NCBI GenBank assembly: GCA_963727895.1
Contig: CAVSHT010000012.1
Span: 352,001-416,000, forward strand
Direction of reading: 5' to 3'
From: an uncultured Methanosarcinaceae archaeon
GTDB taxonomy: Archaea > Halobacteriota > Methanosarcinia > Methanosarcinales > Methanosarcinaceae
Length of the DNA: 64,000 nt
The position numbers and the translations under genes were made by a program. Shown here piece after piece: positions 23,456 to 34,029 of the stretch (position 1 is its first letter; each line of letters opens with the position of its first letter). The notes beneath the pieces were generated by a model that ran no database searches, was not told where the DNA came from, and worked only from the letters and a program-made list of their open reading frames with translations.

Positions 23456-24628
23456 TCACCTTTCCCTCGATAAAATATGAATTACTGCCGTTGCCCCTGA
23501 CCCTCCTACATTATGGGTCATTCCGTACTCTGCTCCATCTACCTGTCTCTTTCCTGCTTCACCGCGAAGCTGAGTTGTGATTTCTACGGCCTGTTTTATG
23601 CCTGTTGCTCCCACTGGATGTCCACAGGATTTGAGACCACCTGAGGTGTTAACAGGAATCCTACCTCCTATAGCGGTTTCTCCATTTTCGGTGACAATTC
23701 CACCTTTTCCTTTTTCTGCAAATCCAAGATCTTCAATGGCACAAATCTCAGCAATAGTGAAACAATCATGCACTTCCACAACATCGATATCTTCAGGCCT
23801 TAATTTTGCCATGGAGTATGCACGTTTTGCAGCCACTACAGTTGCATCGAGAGTTGTTATATCTCGTCTGTCATGAAGGGCAATTGTATCACTTGCCTGA
23901 GCAGTTGCCTTTATGTAAATAGGAGTATCCGTATATTTGTGTGCAATATCCGCTGGAGCAAGCACAAGGGCTGAAGCTCCATCAGTTATTGGGGAACAGT
24001 CAAAAATATGCAGAGGGTCAGCTACCATTATAGAGTTTAATACATCTTCCACAGTAATTCTGTTTTTATACTGAGCAATGGGATTAAAAGATCCATTTTT
24101 ATGGTTCTTTACGGCAACTTCGGCAAGCTGTTCACTGGTTGTCCCATACCTGTGCATATGTAGCTTTGCAATCATTGCATAGAGTCCAGGAAAAGTAGCT
24201 CCTGCCATACCTTCCCATTCGCGGTCAGCTGCTGCTGCAAGAGCTGAAGATGCTTCTTCAGACCCAATATCAGTCATTTTTTCTGCTCCTGCTGCAACCA
24301 CGATATCGTTATAACCGGAAGCTACAGACATGATAGCCTGGCGCAGGGCAAGCCCACCTGATGCACAGGCAGCTTCCACTCGCGTAGCAGGAACATGCAG
24401 GTTCCTGGAGAGTCCAGAATAATCTGCAATAAGAGCTCCTATATGCTCCTGCTCAATAAAGCGGCCTGCACTCATGTTTCCTACATAAAGAGCATTGATA
24501 TCTTTTCCGCTAACACCAGCATCCTGGATTGCTCCTATCCCGGCTTCTACGACTAAATCCCTCAGAGAACGCTCCCATAGTTCTCCAAACTTAGTATTTT
24601 TTACTCCGATAATTGCTACATCTCTCAT
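23456..24628 (-). CDS. Acetoacetyl-CoA thiolase (archaeal type)
   Basis: [45 protein letters not shown]. Confidence 0.93.
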   Translation of the reverse strand: MRDVAIIGVKNTKFGELWERSLRDLVVEAGIGAIQDAGVSGKDINALYVGNMSAGRFIEQEHIGALIADYSGLSRNLHVPATRVEAACASGGLALRQAIMSVASGYNDIVVAAGAEKMTDIGSEEASSALAAAADREWEGMAGATFPGLYAMIAKLHMHRYGTTSEQLAEVAVKNHKNGSFNPIAQYKNRITVEDVLNSIMVADPLHIFDCSPITDGASALVLAPADIAHKYTDTPIYIKATAQASDTIALHDRRDITTLDATVVAAKRAYSMAKLRPEDIDVVEVHDCFTIAEICAIEDLGFAEKGKGGIVTENGETAIGGRIPVNTSGGLKSCGHPVGATGIKQAVEITTQLRGEAGKRQVDGAEYGMTHNVGGSGATAVIHILSRER

Positions 24629-24644
24629 TATACTCACTCCGTTT

Positions 24645-25694
24645 TCAGGCCAGGCGAATCTTGCCTTTATGCCTGGCATACCTGGCGTAGTCAATATATA
24701 TTGGGTCTTTAATTAGTTCGGAAACCTTTGGAGCTCTGTCTCGGATTTCCTCGATCCTGTCTGTAACTGTTATGCTAAAAGCGTCAGACCCTGCTCCTGA
24801 TCCAAAGGCAGTAGCAAAAATTCGGTCTCCTGGTTTTGCCTGGTCAAGAGTCGCAGCAATTCCCATAAGACAGGAACCTGAATATGTGTTCCCGATTTTT
24901 GGAACTACAAGCCCTGGAGCAATTTGAGCTTTAGTGAAACCCAGAATCTTCGCAACCTTACTCGGAAACTTTCCATTTGGCTGGTGGAAAACCGCATAAT
25001 CATAATCTTCGGGTTTTGTTCCGAGTTTTTCCAGAAGGCCTTTTGCTCCGTTAGTGACATGCTTGAAATAACCTGGCTCTCCTGTAAAACGGCCTCCATG
25101 CTCAGGATATGGTCTTCCTTCTCTTCTCCAGAAGTCAGGGGTATCAGTTGTAAAAGAATATGTATCTTCAATTATTGCGGCAAGCTCGGATTTCTTTCTA
25201 CCTATGAGACAGGCGACACCACCTGCAGCTGCAGTGTATTCAAGAGCATCACTTGGTGCTCCCTGAGAAACATCTGCTCCTATAGCCATACCAAGGTCGA
25301 TCATCCCAGAACCTACCATTCCCATACAGGCCTGAACTGCAGCTGTTCCTGCCTTACAAGCGAATTCAAAGTCTGCTGCAGTCATATGGGGTGTCGCTCC
25401 TATAGCCTGAGCGACAATTGTGCTTGTTGGCTTAACGGCATAAGGATGACTCTCTGAACCAGTGTATACAGCCCCGATTCTTTCTGGATTGATACTACTT
25501 CTTACCATAGCATATCTTGCTGCTTCCACAGCTATAGTTGCTGTGTCTTCATCGATATCAGGCACAGATTTTTCATATACCATAAGGCCGCTTTTAAGAG
25601 CCTCGGCATTATCACCCCAGAGACGAGCGATTTCTTCTATTTTTATACGGTATCGGGGGACATAAGCACCGTAAGAAACGATTCCAATAGTCAT
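24645..25694 (-). CDS. Hydroxymethylglutaryl-CoA synthase
   Basis: [47 protein letters not shown]. Confidence 0.95.
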   Translation of the reverse strand: MTIGIVSYGAYVPRYRIKIEEIARLWGDNAEALKSGLMVYEKSVPDIDEDTATIAVEAARYAMVRSSINPERIGAVYTGSESHPYAVKPTSTIVAQAIGATPHMTAADFEFACKAGTAAVQACMGMVGSGMIDLGMAIGADVSQGAPSDALEYTAAAGGVACLIGRKKSELAAIIEDTYSFTTDTPDFWRREGRPYPEHGGRFTGEPGYFKHVTNGAKGLLEKLGTKPEDYDYAVFHQPNGKFPSKVAKILGFTKAQIAPGLVVPKIGNTYSGSCLMGIAATLDQAKPGDRIFATAFGSGAGSDAFSITVTDRIEEIRDRAPKVSELIKDPIYIDYARYARHKGKIRLA

Positions 25695-25742
25695 TATTTT
25701 CCACCTGTTTTTAGTTTTTCAGGGAGTCCGTATTAAGGGAGT

Positions 25743-26483
25743 TTATTCCCTTGCATAGTATTGACTGTATTTTTTCAGTAACAGGACAATATTATCAAGG
25801 TCCATCGTAGTTGCAATTAGGGTGATACGGTCAACTTCTGCCATTTTGACTGCAACAGGTTCAACCTCTTCTTTTCGAAGTCCATGCAATACTACAGCAC
25901 CCGGCTTAAGGTTAGTAACTCGAATAGCTACCATTGGGGATTTCCCGGTACTGACCTTTGTAAAAACCATTGCCCTGTCTGTACTCCAGCCGTAGAGTTT
26001 CTGAAACTCATGGGAAGAAAGTTCCAAGATTGCTCTCTGGCTGTCAACGATAGAGAAACCATAAAGAGGCCTTTCAACTCCTTTGTAAACGATTTCTCCT
26101 TCTATAAGGTTTACCAGTTTAGCAAGATGTATTGGGAACGTATACTCGTATGTTGAGTAGATAGATTTTGTACTGCTTTCTAAAGTGAGTATTGACTCGT
26201 AAGCATGAATTTTTTTGCTTCCCCTTTCCATGTCAATGTCAAGAATAGATTCAACAATTTTTTTAATTATCAATGTTCCTGGGGATTTTCGCCTTCCGCT
26301 TTCATAGTCACTGATAACGGAGGGAGAAACTTTAAGATAATTTGCAATATCGGTCTGGGATATTTCGAAATTCGATCTCCACTTTTTGAGCGATTCTCCC
26401 GGCTTTTCCGAGAGAGTTATATCTCCAGCCATTTTTTCTGCTAGACGATTACGCAGATTTTCTGAGGATTCATTAGATGTCAT
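25743..26483 (-). CDS. XRE-HTH transcriptional regulator (COG1709-like)
   Basis: GDITLS..PG..LKKWR, SPSVISDYESGRRKSPG, TGKSPMVAIRV. Confidence 0.88.
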   Translation of the reverse strand: MTSNESSENLRNRLAEKMAGDITLSEKPGESLKKWRSNFEISQTDIANYLKVSPSVISDYESGRRKSPGTLIIKKIVESILDIDMERGSKKIHAYESILTLESSTKSIYSTYEYTFPIHLAKLVNLIEGEIVYKGVERPLYGFSIVDSQRAILELSSHEFQKLYGWSTDRAMVFTKVSTGKSPMVAIRVTNLKPGAVVLHGLRKEEVEPVAVKMAEVDRITLIATTMDLDNIVLLLKKYSQYYARE

Positions 26484-26620
26484 GACTTACGTACCTTAAG
26501 AGGAAACAGTACCATATATATTTAACGAATATGAGTTCGGCAATTGTCGCACATATTAAGATCAACTTGCTTTGAAAGCTCTCGTAAAATGTATAAGACT
26601 TAATAAAGTATTATTAACTG

Positions 26621-27439
26621 ATGTCAGTCGAGTTACTAAATAAAGAGATAAACGTCTCAGACATTGTTTTATATCTCAATTGCCCGAGGAAAGTGTACTT
26701 TGTCAGTCGTGGTTTTGAATTGTGTTTAGAAGTGACTGCCTCCAGAATCTAAAAAATAATCTTAAAAGAGCTTTCCCTGAATTATCCTGAAATTGTGAAG
26801 GAGTGTTCGTTAAATGCCGATAACCTCCTTAAAGAGCTTGAGATATCTGTGACAAGGGTATGTACAGATCTTCCGCTCTTGTTTCCGCGAGAACTTGCAG
26901 GTGTTGCAAGGGAGATTTATGAAGAGGGAGAAGAGCGGGCAAGAGCTAAAATTCCTGAAATTGCAACTAACCTTCTGGAAGCTCTTAAAGAATATGGGAA
27001 AGAACCTATGCTTGCGGCACTCACTCCTGTTAAGACTGAACCATTTCTTTCCTCAAAAAGACTTAGCCTTAAAGGTATTCCATCAAAACTCGTTTGCTTT
27101 GAAGGTTTGTAGGTTCCATCAATCTTAAAGCCTGGAAGCTGTCCTGAACAGGGAGTATGGACTTCGGACCGAATACATGCCGCAGCTTTTATTCTTCTTC
27201 TTGAAGCCGAAAATGGAAAAGAGGTTCCTTTTGCCTTTGTAGAGTATGTGAGTTTTGGTCTGCTTCGACGAGTAGTTATTCGAAGTTCAGATAGACGGGA
27301 AGTGCTCAAAATCTGCAGGCAAGTGGAGAAAATAAAAGCCGGATTGATGCCTGAGAGAAAAGAAGATAAATTCTGTAAAGAATGCAACTTTTCAGAACAT
27401 TGTGCTCCAGATTCTTCTCTTATGTCAAAGTTTTTCTGA
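26621..27439 (+). pseudogene. Solo Cas4/Dna2-like Fe-S protein with two in-frame stops (TAA 26750, TAG 27110)
   Basis: One continuous frame of 272 codons: INVSDIVLYLNCPRKVYF ... FCKECNFSEHC (split 4-Cys Fe-S motif). No clear PD-(D/E)XK catalytic motif. Confidence 0.8.
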
Positions 27440-27560
27440 GTAGGGATACGGTGAAAAAAATTGTAGTATAAAAATAAGATGAATAAGAAAAGGAAAAGAA
27501 ACAAAAAACAAATTTCTAAGACACAAATTTTTGAGTTTTAATTTTTAAAAAGGTTGTGTT

Positions 27561-27848
27561 TTAGCGCAAAACCTCCACCTTGAGTCCTTTTTTCGAGCCT
27601 ACTTCAGTATTATATAATCTGGCTGCGATACGCCCTATGAAGTATCCAGATACTCCATAAAATACAGGCAGGCTTAAAACAGCCCATTTTCCGAAAATCA
27701 AGGAAAAAATTCCGAATTTTTTCGGCATCGAAAATCCCATCAAAGCGGCAATTGTTGTGACGAATCCGAAAACGAGACCCATTGTCCCGTGAACGATCAA
27801 AAGAGATTTCCCGAATTCGACAGAATCAATTTCTTTTATAACTACCAT
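27561..27848 (-). CDS. Small two-TM membrane protein (DUF3566-like)
   Basis: IKEIDSVEFGK..., two hydrophobic segments, LYN...GLKVEV tail. Confidence 0.7.
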   Translation of the reverse strand: MVVIKEIDSVEFGKSLLIVHGTMGLVFGFVTTIAALMGFSMPKKFGIFSLIFGKWAVLSLPVFYGVSGYFIGRIAARLYNTEVGSKKGLKVEVLR

Positions 27849-27957
27849 GACGTTCCCCCAATACATTATATTTTATTTATATTATATAATCATGGCACTA
27901 TTATTTTTGGAATACCGTTTAAAGGAATTTTTGCTCAAGCTTTTTTTTAAAAATATT

Positions 27958-28696
27958 GGCTTTGATACTTAAACATAGTTATGTACTATTAGAAAGTATA
28001 TTTCTTCATTAACTGCCCAAAATGTAATAGTTCCAGTCACAAAAAGAACGGTATAGTTGGCGGGCGTCAACGCTACAAATGCCATGATTGTGGCTATAAC
28101 TATACAGTAGAGCTAAAATCAACTGCTTTTTCCGCTTCTGTAAAAAGACAGGCTTTACAACTCTATCTTGAAGGATTGGGCTTTCGTTCAATAGGAAGAG
28201 TTTTAGGGGTGAGTCATGTTTCTGTCCAAAAATGGATAAAGAAATTTGGTCAGGAGTTAGAGGACCTAAAAAGTGAAAATGAGATATCTATTGTTGAAAT
28301 GGATAAAATGCACACTTACATCGGTAACAAAAAAAATATTGCTGGATCTGGATTGCTATTGATAGAGTTGGGAAAAAGTTCATCAACTGCTCTTTTGGTA
28401 GCAGAGGAACGGAAACTGGAAAACTACTCTGGGAAAAATTGAAGAAAAAGAGATCGGAGAAGTGATGACAGATCACTGGAGGGCATATGCAGAGTTTCTT
28501 CCAGAAAAGATCCATACTCAATCAAAAGCAGAAACGTATACTGTTGAAGGATATAACAGCATATTGAGGCACTTTCTGGCAAGGTTGAGAAGAAAGACAA
28601 AGTGTTATAAAAAAAGTCTTGAAATGCTAAAGTACTAGGTTATTCTATTGATGAAATAAAGAAAGAAAGAACTAGATATAGTTAAGTAACAATACC
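27958..28696 (+). mobile_element. IS1-family element, copy 2 (degenerate; no TSD)
   Basis: Ends GGCTTTGATAC...CAATACC; ATT in place of ATG, DEM changed to DKM, late TAG. Flanks AAAATATT and GTATTATG do not match. Confidence 0.92.
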
Positions 28697-28704
28697 GTAT
28701 TATG

Positions 28705-29445
28705 GGCATTGTTAACTAAATATATCTAGTTCTTTATTTCTTTATTTCATCAATAGAATAACCGAGTACTTTAGCATTTCAAGACTTTTTTTATAACACT
28801 TTGTCTTTCTTCTCAACCTTGCTAGAAAATGCCTCAATATGCTGTTATATCCTTCAACTGTAACTGTTTCTGCTTTGGATTGAGTATGGATCTTTTCTGG
28901 AAGAAACTCTGCATATGCCCTCCAGTGATCTGTCATCACTTCTCCGATCTCTTTTTTCTTCACTTTTTCCCAGAGTAGTTTTCCAGTTTCTGTTCCTCTG
29001 CTACCAAAAGAGCAGTTGATGAACTTTTTCCCAACTCTATCAACAGCAATCCAGATCCAGACATATTTTTTTTTGTTACCAATGTAAGTGTGCATCTCAT
29101 CCATTTCAACAATAGATATCTCATTTTCGCTTTTTAGAGCCTCCAACTCCTTACCAAATTTCTTGATCCATTTTTGGACAGAAACATGACTCACCCCTAA
29201 AAACCGCCCTATTGAGCGAAAGCCCAATCCTTCAAGATAGAGTTGTAAAGCCTGTTTTTTGACATAAGTGGAAAAAGCAGTTGATTTTAACTCTACTGTA
29301 TAGTTATATCCACAATCATAGCATTTGTAGCGTTGACGACCACCAACTATACCATTCTTTTTGTGACTGGAACTATTGCATCTGGGGCAGTTCATGAAGA
29401 AATAGAGGTTCTCATAATAAATAACTATAGTTAATTATCAAAGCC
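28705..29445 (-). mobile_element. IS1-family element, copy 3
   Basis: 8-bp TSD GTATTATG at 28697-28704 and 29446-29453; terminal GGCATTG / GGCTTTG. Confidence 0.93.
28742..29395 (-). CDS. IS1-family transposase, single uninterrupted ORF
   Basis: 217 aa with Zn-finger/HTH and DDE regions in one frame (A9 plus TATGTC at the site that is out of frame in the other copies). Confidence 0.9.
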   Translation of the reverse strand: MNCPRCNSSSHKKNGIVGGRQRYKCYDCGYNYTVELKSTAFSTYVKKQALQLYLEGLGFRSIGRFLGVSHVSVQKWIKKFGKELEALKSENEISIVEMDEMHTYIGNKKKYVWIWIAVDRVGKKFINCSFGSRGTETGKLLWEKVKKKEIGEVMTDHWRAYAEFLPEKIHTQSKAETVTVEGYNSILRHFLARLRRKTKCYKKSLEMLKYSVILLMK

Positions 29446-29795
29446 GTATTATGATGTGGTTTTGATTGATATGCCTTATGAAATATATTTTTGAATTTTA
29501 TTTCCATTGTATTAATTGCTGCCAGCAGTTCGATTTGCACTCTCTGCTCATCTGTCAGGTCGTGCTTTTGCTTATCTAATTTTCGAGCAATATCACTAAG
29601 AAATTCTTCATACGATTTTTCTACTTGTTTAGGAGCTTTTACTGGCTTTGCAGACTTTACAGACTTAGCTACCGGCTTGAAAGGTTGCTTGACAGGTTTT
29701 AGAATTTTTACTCTGCAACTATTGAAGTAGTAGTCGTTCGAGTTTTTTCTATAATGAAAATGCCAGCTGCCACATTCTGGGCAAACTTTGACCAT
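29446..29795 (-). pseudogene. Zn-ribbon-containing element protein, truncated by IS1
   Basis: MVKVCPECGSWHFHYRK...YFNSC; the reading frame runs into IS copy 3 and the remainder is missing. Confidence 0.55.
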
Positions 29796-29800
29796 CAATA

Positions 29801-30237
29801 TCACAACCTAAACTTACTTTCGATAAATTTAGGCTCAAAAGCTCTTACTTGTCCTCTAGCACGCTTGCATACAGCCTGAATATCCATTAAAGTGATTTTT
29901 TCAGGCTTTTTTGCTATTTTAGGGGATATTTTATGCTCTTTTACTTGCTCTTTTGCTGGGTACGGCTCGTCAGGGAAGAAATATTCTATAGGGCTTCTCG
30001 TATCACTTGTATGGCGCTGCAGCCCTTAATACAAGCATATGTTTTAATTTGCTGCTCCAACAAAGGAGAAATTTTATGTCCACTCAATCTTTTTTGCTGT
30101 TCCAACTCTGGCAAGAAATGTGCCCATAGAATGGCGTTCACAATTTGCGTTCTTATGACGTTGTGCTGTTCGCAATATTGATTTGGTTCGTTCGAGAGCC
30201 GCAGCTGCTTTAAAAGTGCAAAATTATAAATGGACAT
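29801..30237 (-). pseudogene. Tandem RHH-like DNA-binding protein, frameshifted at ~29989
   Basis: QYCEQHNVIRTQIVNAILW and TYACIKGCSAIQVIREAL; the adjacent frame continues IEYFFPDEPYP...KFRL to TGA at 29801. Confidence 0.5.
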
Positions 30238-30241
30238 ACTA

Positions 30242-30577
30242 TCACTCGCCCCTCAGATATGCTGAACTTCCGCCGTCAAGCGAATTTTCAACATCATTTG
30301 TTGATGCTATTTCGTTTTTTGATATGAGCAGATATTTGCAAAGAATTGCGCGTTCGATAAAAATCATGTTGTAAATCCCGCCATCGATATGACTACGATA
30401 ATATTCGACCCCAGCGGCAATTTTTGTTCGCAGTGTGTCAATGTCAGGTAGTGGCTCACTCGGGTAGAGTGCGAACCACAGCACCTCGGTTGCCCGACTT
30501 CGTGAGATTTGATGCTCTTTTGCATATTGATCAACCGCGGCAGTTAGCTGTGGAGGTACATAATCGAGATTATACAT
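30242..30577 (-). CDS. Putative ribbon-helix-helix DNA-binding protein
   Basis: VPPQLTAAVDQYAKEHQISRSRATEVLW resembles CopG/RHH; GGAGGTG RBS before ATG 30577. Confidence 0.6.
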   Translation of the reverse strand: MYNLDYVPPQLTAAVDQYAKEHQISRSRATEVLWFALYPSEPLPDIDTLRTKIAAGVEYYRSHIDGGIYNMIFIERAILCKYLLISKNEIASTNDVENSLDGGSSAYLRGE

Positions 30578-31474
30578 TTGTATCACCTCCAAACATCTCT
30601 AAAATTAGGTCGTTGAGCCATCCGCTACGACTGTCAATGCCTCGCTCTCTATCAATAATTGCTATGACCGCAGGGTCAAATGAAAGCGAAGTATTAATTT
30701 TTTGGCATTGTTACTTAACTATATCTAGTTCTTTATTTCTGTATTTCATCAATAGAATAACCGAGTACTTTAGCATTTCAAGACTTTTTGTATAACACTT
30801 TGTCTTTCTTCTCAACCTTGCCAAAAAGTGCTTCAATATGCTGTTATATCCTTCAACAGTATACGTTTCTGCTTTTGATTGAGTATGGATCTTTTCTGGA
30901 AGAAACTCTGCATATGCCCTCCAGTGATCTGTCATCACTTCTCCAATGTCTTTTTTCTTCACTTTTTCCCAGAGTAGTTTTCCAGTTTCTGTTCCTCTGC
31001 TGCCAAAAGAGCAGTTGATAAACTTTTTCCCAACTCTATCAACAGCAATCCAGATCCAGCAATATTTTTTTTGTTACCGATGTAAGTGTGCATTTCATCC
31101 ATTTCAACAATAGATATCTCATTTTCACTTTTTAGGTCCTCTAACTCCTGACCAAATTTCTTTATCCATCTTTGGACAGAAACATGACTCACCCCTAAAA
31201 CTCTTCCTATTGAACGAAAGCCCAATCTTTCAAGGTAAAGTTGTAAAGCCTGTCTTTTAACAGAGGCGGAAAAAGCAGTTGATTTTAGCTCTACTGTATA
31301 GTTATATCCACAATCAGAGCATTTGTAGCGTTGACGCCCGCCAACTATACCATTATTTTTGTGATTAGAACTATTGCATCTGGGGCAGTTTGAAGAAATA
31401 TACTTTCTAATAGTACATAACTATGTTTAAGTATCAAAGCCAATATTTTTATTTGGATTGATAGCTCTAACCAT
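30570..31474 (-). pseudogene. CopG/RHH-like small repressor gene interrupted by IS1 copy 4
   Basis: Removing the IS and one TSD restores MVRAINPNKNINTSLSFDPAVIAIIDRERGIDSRSGWLNDLILEMFGGDTNV*. Confidence 0.65.
30704..31441 (-). mobile_element. IS1-family element, copy 4 (start codon lost)
   Basis: ORFs 30959-31225 and 30711-30962; near-TSD AATTTTTT (30696-30703) / AATATTTT (31442-31449). Confidence 0.92.
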
Positions 31475-31562
31475 TATATATCCCTCTGTATAATTTTCAA
31501 AAATTTTGGCAGTGTGTTGTAGCTATCACACTTTGGGCAGGCTTTGACTGTTTTAAGCTCGG

Positions 31563-32584
31563 TCATATTGATTCACCAACATATTTTGATTCAAAAAAGC
31601 GATTATAGTGGAGTGGTAGTTCTGGAGGTCTTGATGATTCTGACTTTATACAAAAGGTACGAGTTCTAAAACCACCGTTCCCTCCTCTACCATAATCGTG
31701 GAAATATATGCCTTTATCAATACCATCTTCTATGAGAACGATTTTGTCAAGATGTTGAAAATAAACCAATTCACATGCTATGTCATGTATTATATCAAAT
31801 TTAGTCGATGTTGGTTCTGATTCATCTCTGATATTATCGATCTCATTCTGTATATTGGACTCTCGATGATAGCAACTTTCACAAGGTGCTTTATATATCT
31901 GAACAAGGCGTTCAAATATATCATCGTCATAAAAAGTTCGATGTGTCCAGTCTGTTACTTCATATCGTTCATACGGATCACTATTAGTATTCTCAACATT
32001 CAGGTGTTGCTGAGTGATTTCTTTCTCTTTGATGTCGATAGTATAGCATCGTGGATCGACAATGCCTATGTACATCGGTTGTTTAAATTTACAGAACCAG
32101 ACGAGTTGATGAACTGCCAAGCCACTATTTGGTGTTTTAAGTTCAACAAAATAATAGTCAGTAAATACATCTGGCTTCTCACGATACACAATAAGAAAGT
32201 CCGGGGCACCACGGATTAGCAAATCCTCGAATATGAAGCCTGTTTTGTTTGTGAACCAAGTGTTGAACTTGTCTCGATCCCACTTACTAAAATCTTGTTT
32301 TAGCTGTTCAAATTGCTTCTTTGGGGTCTCACGATATGCTGTAGTACAATCATATCTGCCGATGGGATTGATTCGAATAACATCAAATCCCAAGCATGAA
32401 TAAAAATGCGTAAAAAAAGCTTCTGTTGTGCTAAATGATAGTGAGAGCTGTACATTTTTAATATGATATATCTTTTTATATATTCTCCAATATATTCCTC
32501 TGAGAATACATCATCGTGATATTTGTTGGTCTGTCTCATGTTTTGCATATCACAAATCGTGATAAGCGGCTGTTCATCGGTCAT
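31563..32584 (-). pseudogene. VRR-NUC / PD-(D/E)XK nuclease-domain protein, probably frameshifted near 32400-32510
   Basis: GAPDFLIV...YFVELKTPNSGLAVHQLVW motif; the frame extends upstream (TEAFFTHFYSCLGFDV) and overlaps ORF 32300-32584, which supplies the coupled ATG. Confidence 0.65.
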
Positions 32585-32718
32585 ACTGCCTCACCTGCTG
32601 CTTCTAAGATGACCTGAGCTGCTGCTTTTTCTATAGGACTTCTAAACTTTATGAAATAATTAATACTGTCGCGATATTTCGTAACTAGACTAGATGCTTT
32701 CTCTTGCGTTAAGACCAA
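32581..32718 (-). CDS. Small hypothetical protein (45 aa) of the integrated element
   Basis: TTG start after GAGG; VLTQEKASSLVTKYRDSINYFIKFRSPIEKAAAQVILEAAGEAV; ATGA overlap with the next gene. Confidence 0.45.
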   Translation of the reverse strand: MVLTQEKASSLVTKYRDSINYFIKFRSPIEKAAAQVILEAAGEAV

Positions 32719-32838
32719 GATAATGCCTCGAAAGTGATTTAAAAAAGAATGCTTTCATCGAGGTAATCTCGCCGAAGTAATCTTTATACAATAATAATTA
32801 TTGTATTTCTTTCTTTATGTACTTAATTACCGTTATCG

Positions 32839-34029
32839 TTATTGTTTTTGAATAAGCGATGCAAATTTTGCTGCGAATTTAGGGTCGTTGAGTATTTCAG
32901 CCATAAACTCTTGCATTGCAGTATCATTTGACTGCTGCACTTCTTTTGTGAGGGGTGCCCCACAATTCAAGCAAAATGTTGCAGTAGCCGGGATCATTTT
33001 CCAGCATTTTGGGCACTTGCCAATTTCAAGTCCTTTGTCGCTTTGCTTCTTCTCAATAATGCCATACCGATCACAAAATACAGCATTCTCAACGTCTTTT
33101 CCGCTTAGACTAATATATAATGACGGCATTGGACTGCTCGGTTCCCAGCCAAGATAAGTTCGCATCATTGATTCACCCCAAACTTTGCTCAACTGAGTCG
33201 CTGTTGTATGCCTAAATAAGTGCGGATGAACACGCTTCTCAATACCCGCGGCTTTAGCCACTTCACGAACAATATAGTGAACGCTATTATATTTTAGTCC
33301 GTGTCGAACATTTTGTCCCTCTGCAAGCCAGAGAGGAGCATCGCGATTAGCGCTGCTCTGGTGCTGTCGCAGGTAATAATCAATATAAGGGGCTGCGGAT
33401 ACAATCGGAACTTCACGAGGGCCTGTCTTGCCCTTTGGAAATGTGAGCTTACCGCCTTGTTGTGTCAGTTCAAAATCTCGAACTCTGCACGATATAAGTT
33501 CACCTGCTCAGCAACCTGTTTCAGCCAAGACAGCAATTATCGCTTTATCCTTGACCTTATCGGCTGCTGCAATCATTTTTTCAATCTCAACCACCGTCAG
33601 AAGTTCATTTGCCTGAACACGTTTTGTAGCGGGATCAACATCTATTTGCTCTGACAAATTTTTGTATTTTGGCTGATCATATCTTTTTGCATACCAGTTG
33701 AGAAATTTTTTGACGCCAATTGTATACACTTTTTTGCTCGCGTCAGATGCAGGCTTGCCATCTTCACGTTTCCAATTTTTAATCGCGGCCTGGATCACCT
33801 CAATATTGTCTAGTATCAGCTTGTCTAGATCTGTTTTTACATTTCGCAGTATAAATCGGACAATAGCGACATTATTTGCAATTGTCGCTTCCGACTTGAT
33901 TTTTGAACTTGCCTGCATATATGCAACATATTTGTGCATTATTTCACAATTGACTTTAGATATTTTTTCATATTCTCCCTCATTCATAAAAAATGTTTCT
34001 ATTGTTAATTTATCGCCCACTATCTTCAA
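32839..34029 (-). pseudogene. Tyrosine recombinase/integrase with a C-terminal Zn ribbon; TGA at the catalytic Arg codon (33508-33510)
   Basis: Single frame: LAETGC*AGEL...KGKTGPR...HPHLFRHT...YLGW..SS.MP..Y...CPKC...CLNCG. Confidence 0.88.

Noticed and set aside
26621..27439. CRISPR-Cas or casposon locus around the Cas4-like gene
   Set aside because: No cas1, cas2, PolB or array in the window.
26917..27504. 195-aa minus-strand ORF
   Set aside because: Antisense to the Cas4-like frame, with no recognisable motifs.
27958..31441. Composite transposon formed by inverted IS1 copies 2 and 4
   Set aside because: The outer 8-bp flanks are not direct repeats; copy 4 has its own near-TSD and interrupts a reconstructable gene.
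33508..33510. Selenocysteine recoding of the integrase TGA
   Set aside because: The position corresponds to the catalytic Arg (CGA>TGA), and Methanosarcina is not known to use Sec.
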